Shown in pieces: positions 32,223 through 43,390 of a stretch of 64,000 nucleotides of DNA. The notes below the pieces were generated by a model. That model saw only the letters and a program-made list of their open reading frames with translations, did not search any database and had not been told where the DNA came from. Within the stretch, counting starts at the first letter, position 1, and every line of letters begins with the position of its first letter. The stretch is from Candidatus Cloacimonadales bacterium (GTDB lineage: Bacteria > Cloacimonadota > Cloacimonadia > Cloacimonadales > DAONDQ01): contig OY759316.1 in assembly GCA_963662275.1 (NCBI GenBank), positions 1,664,001 through 1,728,000 of the forward strand. Direction: 5' to 3'. The position numbers and the translations under genes are program-made.

Positions 32223-33932
32223 TTATTCCTTATATAGAAATCTTTTAATCTTTTGTGTCGGTGTTTTCTCGAAAGGTTCTTTCTGCTCAATAATGCGATG
32301 AATCATCGAAAATGATGATACGTTGCGGTTCACATTATCTTTGATTTGTTCCAGCAAAGAAGTGATATTCTTTGCCGCTTGTACGTTACTCATTTTGCTG
32401 ATACCAAAGTTTTTATCAATGATCTCATAGTTCAAAAACACGCGTGCAGTTATTTTATGATTTGATTCATATACGAGTGATTCAAGCACATTCTCATTTT
32501 CATTGAGACTAGCTTCCAAACCTTCTGGATAAATGTTTTCTCCATTTGAACCGACAATGACATTCTTGATCCTGCCCTTAATATAGAGATAGTTCGCTTT
32601 AGTCAGGATACCCAAATCACCTGTTTTAAAATATCCGTCTGATGTGAAGACTTCTTTCGAACGTTCAGGATCACGATAATACCCTTTCATGACGGTATCT
32701 CCTTTCACCTGGATTTCTCCTTCACCTGTTTTACTGTCCGGATTAGCAATTCGAACATCCAGGGTTGGAAGAATGACACCTGTGGCACGAAATTTTACTA
32801 CATCTGGCGAACAACCTGCTATGAGGGGAGAAGTCTCTGTCAGTCCATAACCAATGGCATAGGGGAAACTGGCTTCCCACAAAAATCTTTCCACTTCCTG
32901 GGATAGAAGTGCTCCTCCAATACCGAAGAATTCGAGCTTACCGCCGAAAGTTTTCATCAGCTTTTGCCCGGATACCTGGTGGAGAATCTTTCGGAACATG
33001 GGAATATGATACAGTTTCTTCATGACGATGTTCTTGGTCAGTTGCGGATAGATTTGCATCTTGAATATTTTTTCAATAACCAATGGTACACTGAGTATCA
33101 TGGTAGGTCTGATTTTCTGCATGGCAGGAACAAGTACACGTGCTGTAGGAGGTTTATCCAGGTAATAGACACATGCGCCTTGCATCATGGGTATAATGAA
33201 ACCAATGGTGCCTTCATAAGCATGAGAAAGAGGCAGAATGGAAATCAATCGATCCTTTTCCGTTACATATTTGATGTGAAGAGTGATCCAGGCATCATAG
33301 ACGATGTTTTTATGGGTTAGCATCACTCCCTTTGAACTACCGGTTGTACCGGATGTATAGATGATAGCTGCAATATCGTCTTCCTTGACTTCCCTGGATG
33401 TAAGACCGACTGCCAACATTGCCTTACCTTTCAATATTGAAAGGCTTTTGCTTCCTTCACGAACCAGTTCTTTGATTTTATCTCGACCTGTCTCAATTGG
33501 AATTGAATCAAAAGTCTCAATCAGGATGATTTCCGGTCTGATTTCAAAATCTTCATAAGCGATCTTATCATACAATTGCGAAGAAACAAACACGATTTTG
33601 CATCCGGCATGGCGGAGTATATGATTGATCTCATTGGCATGGAAATCAACGAGTATGGGTACCGCAATCGCTCCCATCGTGGTAATTGCCAGGTACACTA
33701 CTCCCCAGTTGGGAGAGTTTTCACTCAGGATGGCTACACGGTCACCTTTAATAATACCATGTGAATGCAACAAACGGATCACATCTTCGATCATGGTTCC
33801 CATCTCACCATAAGTTATTGGAATACCATCAACCATGGATAAGGCGTTGCGCCTTGGAAAAGCATCAATTGTGCGATTTATCATAGAAAGAAGCGTAAAG
33901 GTCTTGAAGGGAGCAGGAGTCTCTTGTCTCAT
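32223..33932 (-). CDS. Long-chain acyl-CoA synthetase (AMP-binding)
   Basis: YTSGTTGSSKG, GYGLTET, TGDLG, KTPTQKIKR. AAAGGA RBS before ATG 33932. Confidence 0.9.
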   Translation of the reverse strand: MRQETPAPFKTFTLLSMINRTIDAFPRRNALSMVDGIPITYGEMGTMIEDVIRLLHSHGIIKGDRVAILSENSPNWGVVYLAITTMGAIAVPILVDFHANEINHILRHAGCKIVFVSSQLYDKIAYEDFEIRPEIILIETFDSIPIETGRDKIKELVREGSKSLSILKGKAMLAVGLTSREVKEDDIAAIIYTSGTTGSSKGVMLTHKNIVYDAWITLHIKYVTEKDRLISILPLSHAYEGTIGFIIPMMQGACVYYLDKPPTARVLVPAMQKIRPTMILSVPLVIEKIFKMQIYPQLTKNIVMKKLYHIPMFRKILHQVSGQKLMKTFGGKLEFFGIGGALLSQEVERFLWEASFPYAIGYGLTETSPLIAGCSPDVVKFRATGVILPTLDVRIANPDSKTGEGEIQVKGDTVMKGYYRDPERSKEVFTSDGYFKTGDLGILTKANYLYIKGRIKNVIVGSNGENIYPEGLEASLNENENVLESLVYESNHKITARVFLNYEIIDKNFGISKMSNVQAAKNITSLLEQIKDNVNRNVSSFSMIHRIIEQKEPFEKTPTQKIKRFLYKE

Positions 33933-34229
33933 TATTGATTCCTTTAAATTTACTGATGCTAATCTAAAAAATATATGCATTTCGTTGCAAGAGAAATATT
34001 ATTTTTAACAGGATGACCTAGATAGCGTGTGATTTGGTTTTTTTGCTTAGGTACAATAATTTGAAAATACTGATAATATTTGAATTGATTGACAAATCTT
34101 CCACAGCTACATTGACTTTAACAAAGAAGAGCAGATCTTACATTGTATCAATACAGCATTCTGAGGATTTTGGACTCCAGGTCGCTCATAAGACTTTTTC
34201 CACAAAGTCGAATTCACAATTGCCGAAGG

Positions 34230-36041
34230 CTAAACAGCTTTATTTTCATCCCGTTTACGATCGTTATGATTGAGAATCTTCTTACGGAGCCTCATGCTGT
34301 CTGGTGTTATTTCCAGTAATTCATCATCACCGATGTATTCAATGGCTTGTTCTAAACTGAAGATACGAGGCGGAATCAGTTTCATGGCATCATCTTTTCC
34401 GGCAGCACGGTTATTGGTAAGCTTTTTACCTTTACAGACATTGATGATCAAATCTTTATCTTTTGCATGCTGTCCGACGACCATTCCTGCATAAACTTCT
34501 GTATTTGGACTTATGAAGAAAGTACCGCGTGGCTGGAAGGCATTCAGAGAATAACCCAAGGCTACACCGTCTTCCAAGGCGACCATAGAGCCGTGGTTAG
34601 AACTGGTGATGTCTCCTTTGTATTCGGCATATTCAAAGAAACATTGGTTGATAATGCCTGTTCCGCGTGTTTCAGTGAGGAATTCATTCCTGAAACCAAT
34701 CAAACCTCGAGCTGGAACCTTAAACTCTAATCGTGAATATCCATCCACGGCAGCCGTCATGTGGACTAATTCACCTTTTCGACCACCCATCAGGTCAATC
34801 ACTCTTCCTACGTATTCTTCAGAAACATCAACCATAGCCAGTTCGATAGGCTCCAATAATTTACCATTGACTTCTTTAAAAAGCACTCTCGGTTTCGAAA
34901 CTGCGAATTCATAACCTTCACGACGCATGTTTTCCATGAGAATGGACAACTGTAGTTCACCACGTCCCTTTACGGTAAATTTGTCTGCAGTATCGGTTCT
35001 CTCCACGATGAGAGAAATGTTCGTCTGTAATTCCTTCTGGAGTCTTTCCCAAATCTTGCTGGAAGTAACCCATCTGCCTGACCTGCCCATAAAGGGAGAG
35101 TCGTTGATGATAAATTCTATGGCGATAGTAGGATCATCGATATCGATACTGGGAAGAGGGATGGGGTTGTCTTTATTGGCGACAGTTTCACCGACATCAA
35201 TCTGAGCCAGTCCGGCTATCGAGATAATATCACCAGCATAGGCAGTGGTGATTTCTTTTTTAACTAATCCCTCATAGGTAAAGATGTTCGTTACTTTATA
35301 GAGTATTTGCGAATCATCCCTTTTCAGGAGGAGTACTTCTTCACCGGCGCTGATTGTACCGTTTTCAATCTTTCCGGTACCCATCTTTCCCAAATAATCA
35401 TTATACTCAATGGCAGAGACAAGCATCTGGAATGGCTGGTCAATATCACCTTTAGCATCCGGAACTTCCTTAATGATCATTTCGAGAAGTGGGAAGATAT
35501 TCAAAGGTTCATCGATAATTTCATTCACAGCATAGCCTTCTTTCGCTGAAGCATAGATCACGGGGAAATCAAGTTGTTCATGATGAGCATTCAATTCTAT
35601 AAATAAGTCAAAAATCATATCTAAAACATCGTGAGGACGAGCATTGTGACGATCGATCTTATTGATGACGACGATCGGTTTCAATCCAAGTTCCAAAGCA
35701 TTCTTGAGCACATACTTCGTTTGGGGCATGGGACCTTCAAAAGCATCTACTATAAGAAGGACACAATCAACCATTTTCATGATTCGCTGCACTTCACCGC
35801 CAAAGTCAGCATGACCGGGTGTATCAACGATATTTATCTTATAATCTTTATACTCAAGTGAGGCATTCTTAGAAAAGATAGTAATTCCACGTTCTTTTTC
35901 GATATCATTAGAGTCCATGACTCTTTCCACTACACGTTCATTATCCCTGAATAGTCCAGTCTGACGGAGCATCGCATCCACGAGAGTTGTCTTTCCATGA
36001 TCAACATGTGCGATAATTGCTATGTTCTTGATCTTTTGCAT
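34230..36041 (-). CDS. typA: Translational GTPase TypA/BipA
   Basis: [41 protein letters not shown]. Confidence 0.97.
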   Translation of the reverse strand: MQKIKNIAIIAHVDHGKTTLVDAMLRQTGLFRDNERVVERVMDSNDIEKERGITIFSKNASLEYKDYKINIVDTPGHADFGGEVQRIMKMVDCVLLIVDAFEGPMPQTKYVLKNALELGLKPIVVINKIDRHNARPHDVLDMIFDLFIELNAHHEQLDFPVIYASAKEGYAVNEIIDEPLNIFPLLEMIIKEVPDAKGDIDQPFQMLVSAIEYNDYLGKMGTGKIENGTISAGEEVLLLKRDDSQILYKVTNIFTYEGLVKKEITTAYAGDIISIAGLAQIDVGETVANKDNPIPLPSIDIDDPTIAIEFIINDSPFMGRSGRWVTSSKIWERLQKELQTNISLIVERTDTADKFTVKGRGELQLSILMENMRREGYEFAVSKPRVLFKEVNGKLLEPIELAMVDVSEEYVGRVIDLMGGRKGELVHMTAAVDGYSRLEFKVPARGLIGFRNEFLTETRGTGIINQCFFEYAEYKGDITSSNHGSMVALEDGVALGYSLNAFQPRGTFFISPNTEVYAGMVVGQHAKDKDLIINVCKGKKLTNNRAAGKDDAMKLIPPRIFSLEQAIEYIGDDELLEITPDSMRLRKKILNHNDRKRDENKAV

Positions 36042-36421
36042 CTTGTTCCTTTTCATTCATTTCAATAGAGTACCATTTTTTGTCGAGGGGGTTTTATAGT
36101 CAAGGCATGATAATGATTTAAATGAACTTCCCCTAAAAGCAAATAACTACAAGCTTCCTCATATTCTACCAGGGAATATGAAATCAATTACAAATAACGC
36201 ATCTTCTTAAGCAAATCTAAAATACTTCATGAATCGTGGCAGCATCGTTTACGTTGCTTTTTACGGAATTAGAAGAGAAGCCACCGCCTGAAGTCCCTCC
36301 CACACAGCTAAAGGAGTTGCCACAAGTGTAGTCGCAATTTGTGACCTCAAGTTGGGGGCGCGTAGTCAAGAAACACTTGACAACACTCATGTATCATTTA
36401 GGTTGTTAATAAGAGGTAACA

Positions 36422-36688
36422 ATGCCAACAATAAGTATGTTTTTTGGAATAATCATCAGGATGTATTGTGGAAATGCGGAACACAATCCACCACATTTTC
36501 ATGCATATTATCAGGAATATACAGCAACATATGATATTGTGCAGGAAGCTTTTCTGTCTGGTAATCTACCTTCAAAGCAATCTAAGATTGTGGAAGCCTG
36601 GGCTGCCATTCATAAAGATGATCTCATTGCTGATTGGCAATTGGCAACAAACGGTGAATTGCCTTTACCCATTGAACCTCTTAAATAG
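36422..36688 (+). CDS. DUF4160 family protein (putative TA toxin)
   Basis: MPTISMFFGIIIRMY...EHNPPHFHA...IEPLK. Confidence 0.85.
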   Translation: MPTISMFFGIIIRMYCGNAEHNPPHFHAYYQEYTATYDIVQEAFLSGNLPSKQSKIVEAWAAIHKDDLIADWQLATNGELPLPIEPLK

Positions 36689-36696
36689 GATTATAT

Positions 36697-36912
36697 ATGA
36701 TTAAACCAATAAAAGTAACCCCTTTAGATGACTATGTTCTTGAACTGACAATGTCGGATATGACGATTAAAAAGTTTAACGTTAAGCCATTCCTTAACAA
36801 AGGAAAGTTCAAAGAATTGATGGATATTAATCTCTTCCGCCAGGCAAGAATCTCTTTCGATGCCATCGAATGGCCCAATGGGGTAGATATTGATCCTGAT
36901 CTGCTGATATAG
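36697..36912 (+). CDS. DUF2442 family protein (putative antitoxin)
   Basis: V.PLDDY.LEL...F..L....LF......AIEWPNGVDIDP; directly after DUF4160. Confidence 0.8.
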   Translation: MIKPIKVTPLDDYVLELTMSDMTIKKFNVKPFLNKGKFKELMDINLFRQARISFDAIEWPNGVDIDPDLLI

Positions 36913-37026
36913 CGCAGCTCTGAACTATTCCCTATTAGCTACTCCCTATTCCCTTATTCAATTCTGCCCTGTCAGCTGTCCGCTGTAAGCTGTCACCTTC
37001 TGTATCGTGGTGATTACTTCAGGAAT

Positions 37027-37383
37027 CGTGGCAGCAGCACTCATGGTTATACTTATAGCGGAAGTAATGACATTGCAACTGTCGCATGGTATTATTCCAA
37101 TTCCGGTAATACGACTCATACAGTTGGCATCAAGGCAGAAAATGAATTAGGTCTGTATGATATGACCGGCAATGTCAACGAGTGGTGTTGGGACATTTTT
37201 GACGTTTATCCGAGTAACTCTCAAAATAATCCACACGGTGCTATCACTGGGTCTGACCGTATTTACCATGGTGGTGGCTGGGGCAGCAGTCCAGGCAACT
37301 GTACCGTTTCCAGTCGGATTAATGCGGGTGCTACTAGCTACGGCAATAGACTCGGATTTCGTCTTTGCAGGAATTCCAATTAA
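37027..37383 (+). pseudogene. C-terminal fragment of an FGE-sulfatase/SUMF1 (C-type lectin fold) protein
   Basis: In frame RG...YTYSGSND..VAWY..NS...TH.VG....NELGLYDMTGNVNEWCWD...HGGGW...RLGFRL. N-terminal part absent. Confidence 0.75.
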
Positions 37384-37386
37384 TTT

Positions 37387-37713
37387 TTAATTAGCTACTG
37401 CCCCGCAGCATTTCTTAAATTTCTTCCCGCTCCCACAGGGGCAGGGATCATTACGTCCAATCTATATTTTGAGTATGATCTGGTAAGACACTTCCGGGGC
37501 ATAGATTAGAGCTTTTTCCTGTATCTTTGACTCTAACATATAATCCATTATAATGGCAATCTGCTGTTTAACCGGCAAGCCATCCCAAGTGAGTTCTTTA
37601 ATCGAAGTCTTATTTTTGAAATATTCATATCTTTCTTCTGATACAAGCTCTTTTAAATAGCTCTTTAAACTGAAATAATTCTTTGGCAAAGGTTTAGCAT
37701 CTGATGTCACCAT
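37387..37713 (-). pseudogene. Internally deleted SEC-C domain protein paralog
   Basis: N-terminus homologous to 43667..44920, then TAG, then in-frame [24 protein letters not shown]. Confidence 0.8.
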
Positions 37714-38344
37714 AATGAAACTCCTATACTTATAAAACATACTTTAGGATGTTTTCTTGAATAAATAAATCAGAAAAATGGAAAAACTCGTCAATTAAAT
37801 TCATATATATATTTTTGGTTACATGATTTAAGTGATTCAACTCATATGAATCTCGAAGTGATGAAACACGATAGCCCATAGCGTCAGCTATGGGTAAAGA
37901 AGCCTCCAAACCTTTGAACCTCGGCAGGGGTGACACATCTGGAAATTCGAAGGACGAAGTTCGAAGGGGGAATCTTGATCGCAATTTGCTACTTTAAGCG
38001 GATGGTAGAAAAACAGAAAGAGAGTCACAAAAAATACTTGGGAAAAAGAAATGAATAACAACAACAATAGAACCAAACCACTATCGCTCATAGGAGCGGT
38101 AGTCCTGCGGTCGTTCTGCGGTAGTCCTGCGGTGCTGCTCTGGTTCTTTTTAAAGTGGAATCCTTGTAAGTTCGAAACTGTAACGCCTTTTGTAACGCGT
38201 TATTCCATAACGTGTCCCGCTGAATTCATTCAGTTCAATTGTAGCGTACATTGGTAATGTGTTGTATTCGATAATGGTATTATCGAAATGTTTCTGCATC
38301 GGGGATTACCAATCACCTATGATAAAAGAATACCATTCTATGTT

Positions 38345-39251
38345 GAATCTCGCAGAGATGAAAGATCATAGCCTGTAGTGGAATGAAATGGAACTACTTG
38401 CAGAAGGTGTTAGGTGCTAGGTGTTAGTAAGGAAGGAAATAGGGATTAGGGAATCGTTCTGATTGAATTCAAGAAGCGTTAAACCAATAAACAAAGATAT
38501 CCTTCATTCTGAATCTCGCAGAGATGAAAGATCATAGCCTGTAGTGGAATGAAATGGAACTACTTACAGAAGGTGTTAGGTGTTAGGTGCTAGGTGTTAG
38601 GTGCTAGGTGTTAGTAAGGAAGGAAATAGGGATTAGGGAATCGTTCTGATTGAATTCAAGAAGCGTTAAACCAATAAACAAAGATATCCTTCATTCTGAA
38701 TCTCGCAGAGATGAAAGATCATAGCCTGTAGTGGAATGAAATGGAACTACTTACAGAAGGTGTTAGGTGTTAGGTGCTAGGTGTTAGTAAGGAAGGAAAT
38801 AGGGATTAGGGAATCGTTCTGATTGAATTCAAGAAGCGTTAAACCAATAAACAAAGATATCCTTCATTCTGAATCTCGCAGAGATGAAAGATCATAGCCT
38901 GTAGTGGAATGAAATGGAACTACTTACAGAAGGTGTTAGGTGTTAGGTGCTAGGTGTTAGTAAGGAAGGAAATAGGGATTAGGGAATCGTTCTGATTGAA
39001 TTCAAGAAGCGTTAAACCAATAAACAAAGATATCCTTCATTCTGAATCTCGCAGAGATGAAAGATCATAGCCTGTAGTGGAATGAAATGGAACTACTTGC
39101 AGAAGGTGTTAGGTGCTAGGTGTTAGGTGATAGGTGTTAGTAAGGAAGGAAATAGGGATTAGGGAATCGTTCTGATTGAATTCAAGAAGCGTTAAACCAA
39201 TAAACAAAGATATCCTTCATTCTGAATCTCGCAGAGATGAAAGATCATAGC
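38345..39251. repeat. Tandem array of 166-187 bp units (5 complete, 6th interrupted by IS110)
   Basis: Units start at 38345, 38511, 38698, 38871, 39044 and 39224. Periods 166/187/173/173/180 differ by the number of TAGGTG[T/C] heptamers. The 6th unit resumes at 40991. Confidence 0.95.
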
Positions 39252-39333
39252 TTACTATAGGAAGGTTAGAAAATTAAGGTAGAAAAACCTCCCTCGTTGA
39301 TATACATAGATCAAATCAACAAAGGAGGTAACA

Positions 39334-40611
39334 ATGATTACCACATCAAAATCTAACCCAAAGAGGTTTTTTGTCAACTCAGAAATGATGCTTGTTGGCA
39401 TTGATATCAGCAAGCACAAACACAGTGTGTATTTTTGTGATTTTACAGGTGAACGGAAGCGTAAGCCATTTTTTATTACAAACAATCATGATGGTTTTCA
39501 GTATCTGCTAAAAGAAGCAGAACAGCAAAAGCGTTTGTGGAATCTGAACGAGATTGTATTTGGAATGGAACCAACAGGTTCATATGTAAAGCCACTCCAG
39601 TACTTCTTGGAAGAACGCTGCTATCAAATCCAAAGCATCAACCCATTACACACTAAAAGATGGAAGGATATTGAAGATAATCATCCATCCAAGAATGATT
39701 TGAAAGACAGTATTATCATTACCTCTCTGTTAAGAATGGGCAAGAGCATCCATCATCGGAGACCTGAAGGTGTTTTCGCGGAGTTGAACAACTATGCAGC
39801 TTATTATCACCAGTTAATCACAGATATTCGCAGGCAGAGGAACTATCTGGAAGCCTCTTATGCCTGTTACTTTCCTGAATTGAGTAACTTTTTCAAATTT
39901 AACAGTACGGGAGTAATGTATATCATGGAGTGTTTTCCTCTTCCTCAGGATATCGTAAATGCAGGATATGAGAATTTTCTGAAGATTATGAAAACAAAAA
40001 GCAAAGGGTGCATAGCTACAGAGAAGCTTCACAGTTTATATCAGGTATCTCTAACAAGTATTGGCATGAGTCAGGGAGCGGATAGTGCGAGAGTGGTCAT
40101 AAATGCGATCTATGAGGATATCAGCTATAAACAATACCATCTCAAACAAATCAAAACAGCAATCATGACATGTGTAGATAAAATCAGTTATGGATCGTTA
40201 TTGGTGACAATACCTGGTTTGAGTAAAGTATCAGTGGGGTTAATTCTGGCGGAGACTGGAGATATCAATCAATATGGTCGATATCAGGATTTAGTCAAAC
40301 TTGCCGGATTGAGTTTAAAACACAATCAATCAGGAGAATACCATGGGCAATATCATATCTCTAAGGTAGGAAGAGTAAGGTTGCGAAGGATCTTGTATAT
40401 GCTTACTCTGGAAATGATTATAAACAATCAATTAATCAATCAGATATATAATTATCAAGTAAAAAAGCGAGGTAATAACAAGGTCAAAACTATCGTTTCT
40501 TTGAGCAGTAAATTACTGGGAATCATGTACTCAATGGTTAAATATGAAAGGTCGTTTGATCCTGAACAGCGAAAGCTATATGCAGGTTATTTAACTGAAA
40601 ATAATCAGTGA
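39334..40611 (+). CDS. IS110 family DEDD recombinase
   Basis: VGIDISK, GMEPTG, KNDLKDS, IPG, AGL...QSG, ISKVGR..LR. AAGGAGG RBS. Confidence 0.92.
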   Translation: MITTSKSNPKRFFVNSEMMLVGIDISKHKHSVYFCDFTGERKRKPFFITNNHDGFQYLLKEAEQQKRLWNLNEIVFGMEPTGSYVKPLQYFLEERCYQIQSINPLHTKRWKDIEDNHPSKNDLKDSIIITSLLRMGKSIHHRRPEGVFAELNNYAAYYHQLITDIRRQRNYLEASYACYFPELSNFFKFNSTGVMYIMECFPLPQDIVNAGYENFLKIMKTKSKGCIATEKLHSLYQVSLTSIGMSQGADSARVVINAIYEDISYKQYHLKQIKTAIMTCVDKISYGSLLVTIPGLSKVSVGLILAETGDINQYGRYQDLVKLAGLSLKHNQSGEYHGQYHISKVGRVRLRRILYMLTLEMIINNQLINQIYNYQVKKRGNNKVKTIVSLSSKLLGIMYSMVKYERSFDPEQRKLYAGYLTENNQ

Positions 40612-40886
40612 GCCAAGAAAAAAAAGTAGTCAAAAAATAATGGAGGTGTTTAGATTGGTTCACTCGCCGGATGATGTAGTCATTAGGCACTAAGGCTTGT
40701 TTACAAGACCTTCTACCATAGCTCATTATAGCACACCGGCGGGTATTATCTCAGATAGGATAAAGTAAGAATAGGATACCATCAGAAGGTAATCCAGTAT
40801 ATCAGCAAGATCGGGATGTAGAACCAAGAGAGCTTTGATAAGTAATATTCGATTTAATCATAGAATTCAGATCGAAAATCAGCGTC

Positions 40887-40941
40887 TCTGGAACCCTGCA
40901 ATGACGCTTCGGTACCCTACGCGTCATTGCAGGGTTCCAGA
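40887..40941 (+). terminator. Perfect 21-bp stem-loop near the IS110 right end (terminator or ncRNA 3' boundary)
   Basis: tctggaaccctgcaatgacgc - 13 nt loop - gcgtcattgcagggttccaga. Confidence 0.6.
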
Positions 40942-41085
40942 AAGCCAAGTACTATGAATATATTATAATATATAACTATCTAACTATATCAGCCTGTAGT
41001 GGAATGAAATGGAACTACAGGGAAGAGTCCCCCCAAACCATTACAATCTCGTAGAGATGACACATCTGGAAGTGCGAAGATCACC

Positions 41086-41185
41086 GTAACGCGGTATTCA
41101 TACCGTGTTTCGCTGAATTAATTCAGTATTATTCAGAGCAGATACAATATAAATAATGCGGTACACGGTATAAATACCGCGTTAC
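41086..41185. repeat. REPIN-like inverted pair (gtaacgcggtattcataccgtgt / acacggtataaataccgcgttac)
   Basis: Same family at ~38192, 42794, 42845-42940 and 45029-45129. Confidence 0.75.
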
Positions 41186-41336
41186 AAACTTGATATCACA
41201 ATTTGCGACCTCAAGATTGTCTACGCACTGCATAGGCTTTTCTCTGTAATGCTTAATTTTTCATTATTAATTCTTAATGCATGTCTTCCAATCTGCTAAT
41301 CTGCTCTGATAATTCTTAATTTTTAACTTTTAATTT

Positions 41337-42689
41337 TTAATTGCTTACTGCCCCGCAGCATTTCTTATATTTCTTTCCGCTGCCGCATGGACATGGATCG
41401 TTTCTTCCGATTTTCGGAGCATTAGAAATGACCGGTTGAACAACAAATTCAATCTCATCTTTCTTTTTTGGTTTATATAATTCATCATCATCATCAAAGA
41501 ACGCTTTATACTCACCAATTGGGTCATCAGAGTTACTCCAGGGATCTTCTCCATCAGTAAACGGTATATCCTGATCCCAATCTATGGAAGAGTTTTTGTC
41601 ATAAAAATCGAAGCGAAGCTGATCTGCATTTTCATCGATGATGACAGGTTTAACGGATAATGAGAGTTCCTTTGGTGTATGACCTCTATGTATCCAGGAG
41701 CGGTAATGATTATAGTAATCAGTTACTGTAATATAGAGTCTGTTCTTTGTTTCAATATTGTAATCCTCAAGGAATAGGTCATCATACAAATCATTGATTT
41801 CGAATGGTTTCGCCCCATAATTGAAATCCATTGTGATATGTAAAATAAATACCATCGCGGCTGCTGGTTCAAGCCCGAAAGTACTTATCAGTAAGTCTTT
41901 TAATGCCAGATATTGAGGTGTTTCTTCAAAATAATCCTCTTTACCATACATCATTAACTCATCTTCCTTAGGGATATATAGTTTTTTGTACTTAATTCCA
42001 TGAGCCAATTTTTCGTAATCGTCCATATTTATAAGATTACATAGATTGACTATTCTGCCATCGATAAAACTGAAATATGGACATAGCAGACTATATTCTG
42101 TGATATATGAGTTCAATTGTTCATCAGTTAGGATATCTTCTTTCCAAAAGAAATGTGACCTATAAATTTTAATTAAATTCGCTGGTTCAAAGATTCCATA
42201 GAAATTCAGACATGGATTAATACGGGAAATGAGTGGTTGAACTAAGCTTCTTCCCAATTCTACTGTCTTTTCCTTAATTGCATACAAAACTTCTGCAATT
42301 TCGTCAAAAAGGATATACGTAGATTTTATCTGCTTTCGCTTATTCGGATTAGGATAGGAATCAATGCGGTAGATCATGAAATTATAATTCAAGTACCAGT
42401 ATCCGTTATTGATAGTGTTCTGTTCCAAGGGAATTTGTGAGCTGATACTCTGAAGTATGGTCAAGGAGGCTTCCGGTGCATATATAAGTACTTTTCTGAT
42501 ATATTCTTCATTGACAACGTATCTCTGCATTAAATCAACTTGCTGATGAGAATCTAATTTATCCCATTCATCTTCAATCATTTCAGTTTTCACACCGAAT
42601 AAAATAAAACGTTCAACCGAAGAAAGCTCTTTTAGATAACTTCTTAAACTAAATTTATCTGCAGCGATTTTCTTTTTGGATTTATTCAT
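41337..42689 (-). CDS. SEC-C motif protein (paralog 2)
   Basis: [19 protein letters not shown]-terminal [20 protein letters not shown]. Confidence 0.85.
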   Translation of the reverse strand: MNKSKKKIAADKFSLRSYLKELSSVERFILFGVKTEMIEDEWDKLDSHQQVDLMQRYVVNEEYIRKVLIYAPEASLTILQSISSQIPLEQNTINNGYWYLNYNFMIYRIDSYPNPNKRKQIKSTYILFDEIAEVLYAIKEKTVELGRSLVQPLISRINPCLNFYGIFEPANLIKIYRSHFFWKEDILTDEQLNSYITEYSLLCPYFSFIDGRIVNLCNLINMDDYEKLAHGIKYKKLYIPKEDELMMYGKEDYFEETPQYLALKDLLISTFGLEPAAAMVFILHITMDFNYGAKPFEINDLYDDLFLEDYNIETKNRLYITVTDYYNHYRSWIHRGHTPKELSLSVKPVIIDENADQLRFDFYDKNSSIDWDQDIPFTDGEDPWSNSDDPIGEYKAFFDDDDELYKPKKKDEIEFVVQPVISNAPKIGRNDPCPCGSGKKYKKCCGAVSN

Positions 42690-42844
42690 ATTTTTGCTTT
42701 GAAACTCCTTGTTTGTGTAAATCTGGAAATTTTAAAAATTAGTCAATTAATTTTGCTTAGCATTGCTCTGAGAATTGCAACGGGATGCAAACCGTAACGC
42801 GTTATTTATAACGTGTAACGCTGAATTCATTCAGTTCTTTACCT

Positions 42845-43356
42845 GTAACGCGTTATTCCATAACGTGTGCTGCTGAATTCATTCAGTTCCGTGCAGATAC
42901 TTTATAAATAAAGCGATACACAGTATGAATACTGCGTTACGATGTCTGACAATCTTGAAGTCGCAATTTGCGATATCAAGATGCAGTGGAAGAAGACAAT
43001 CGAACTATTGAGAAATCCTCAATAGTTGAGGTTACAATCCAAGTATAATCGGCATTTGAACGGCAGTTATTAACTAATCCTTAATAACTGAAAGAGGACA
43101 GATTCCCATCGGGAAGATAGATTCTAACACCGGATTTCAATCCGATGAAATGTAATGAGAGTGACTCCCTATTTCCCCCTTCTTTTGTAAAAGAGGGGGG
43201 AAATAGGGGGAGTTAGTTCTGCTCTGCTAATCTTTACCTGTCGTCCCCACTGGACTGATATGTTAGGGTGTACTCTGTCGCCGGATTGCTTCTTGAACTT
43301 GAAGTCTCAATATGCGACCTCAAGATTCTGAAAATCAAGAAACCCTTGACAATGCT
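42845..43356. repeat. ~510-bp mosaic palindrome block, duplicated at 45029-45547 + 47409-47453
   Basis: Same order in both copies: gtaacgcg REP pair, ORF6N-type palindrome, two RhuM-type palindromes, ggatttcaatcc element, tttccccct..agaggggg hairpin, ORF6N-type palindrome, TTGACA promoter. Confidence 0.9.
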
Positions 43357-43390
43357 ATTGTCTCATTTATGTTGTTATTAAGAGGTAACA

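Larger units (their letters stand above)
39252..40993 (+). mobile_element. IS110/IS1111-family element inserted in a REP-like unit
   Basis: Target gatcatagc|ctgtagtgg is split, with AGC at both junctions (39249-39251, 40991-40993). Long 3' non-coding region. Confidence 0.85.

Noticed and set aside
32016..32237. 73-aa ORF
   Set aside because: Made of consecutive palindromic repeats between convergent genes.
37162..37383. DGR template repeat
   Set aside because: Not AAC-rich, and no RT or matching VR/TR pair in the window; kept only as a gene fragment.
37730..38257. ORFs 37730..37984, 37888..38091 and 38051..38257
   Set aside because: They overlap REP elements and an 11-bp ctgcggtagtc tandem; probably spurious.
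38345..39251. Possible CRISPR array
   Set aside because: Whole units are near-identical with no unique spacers.
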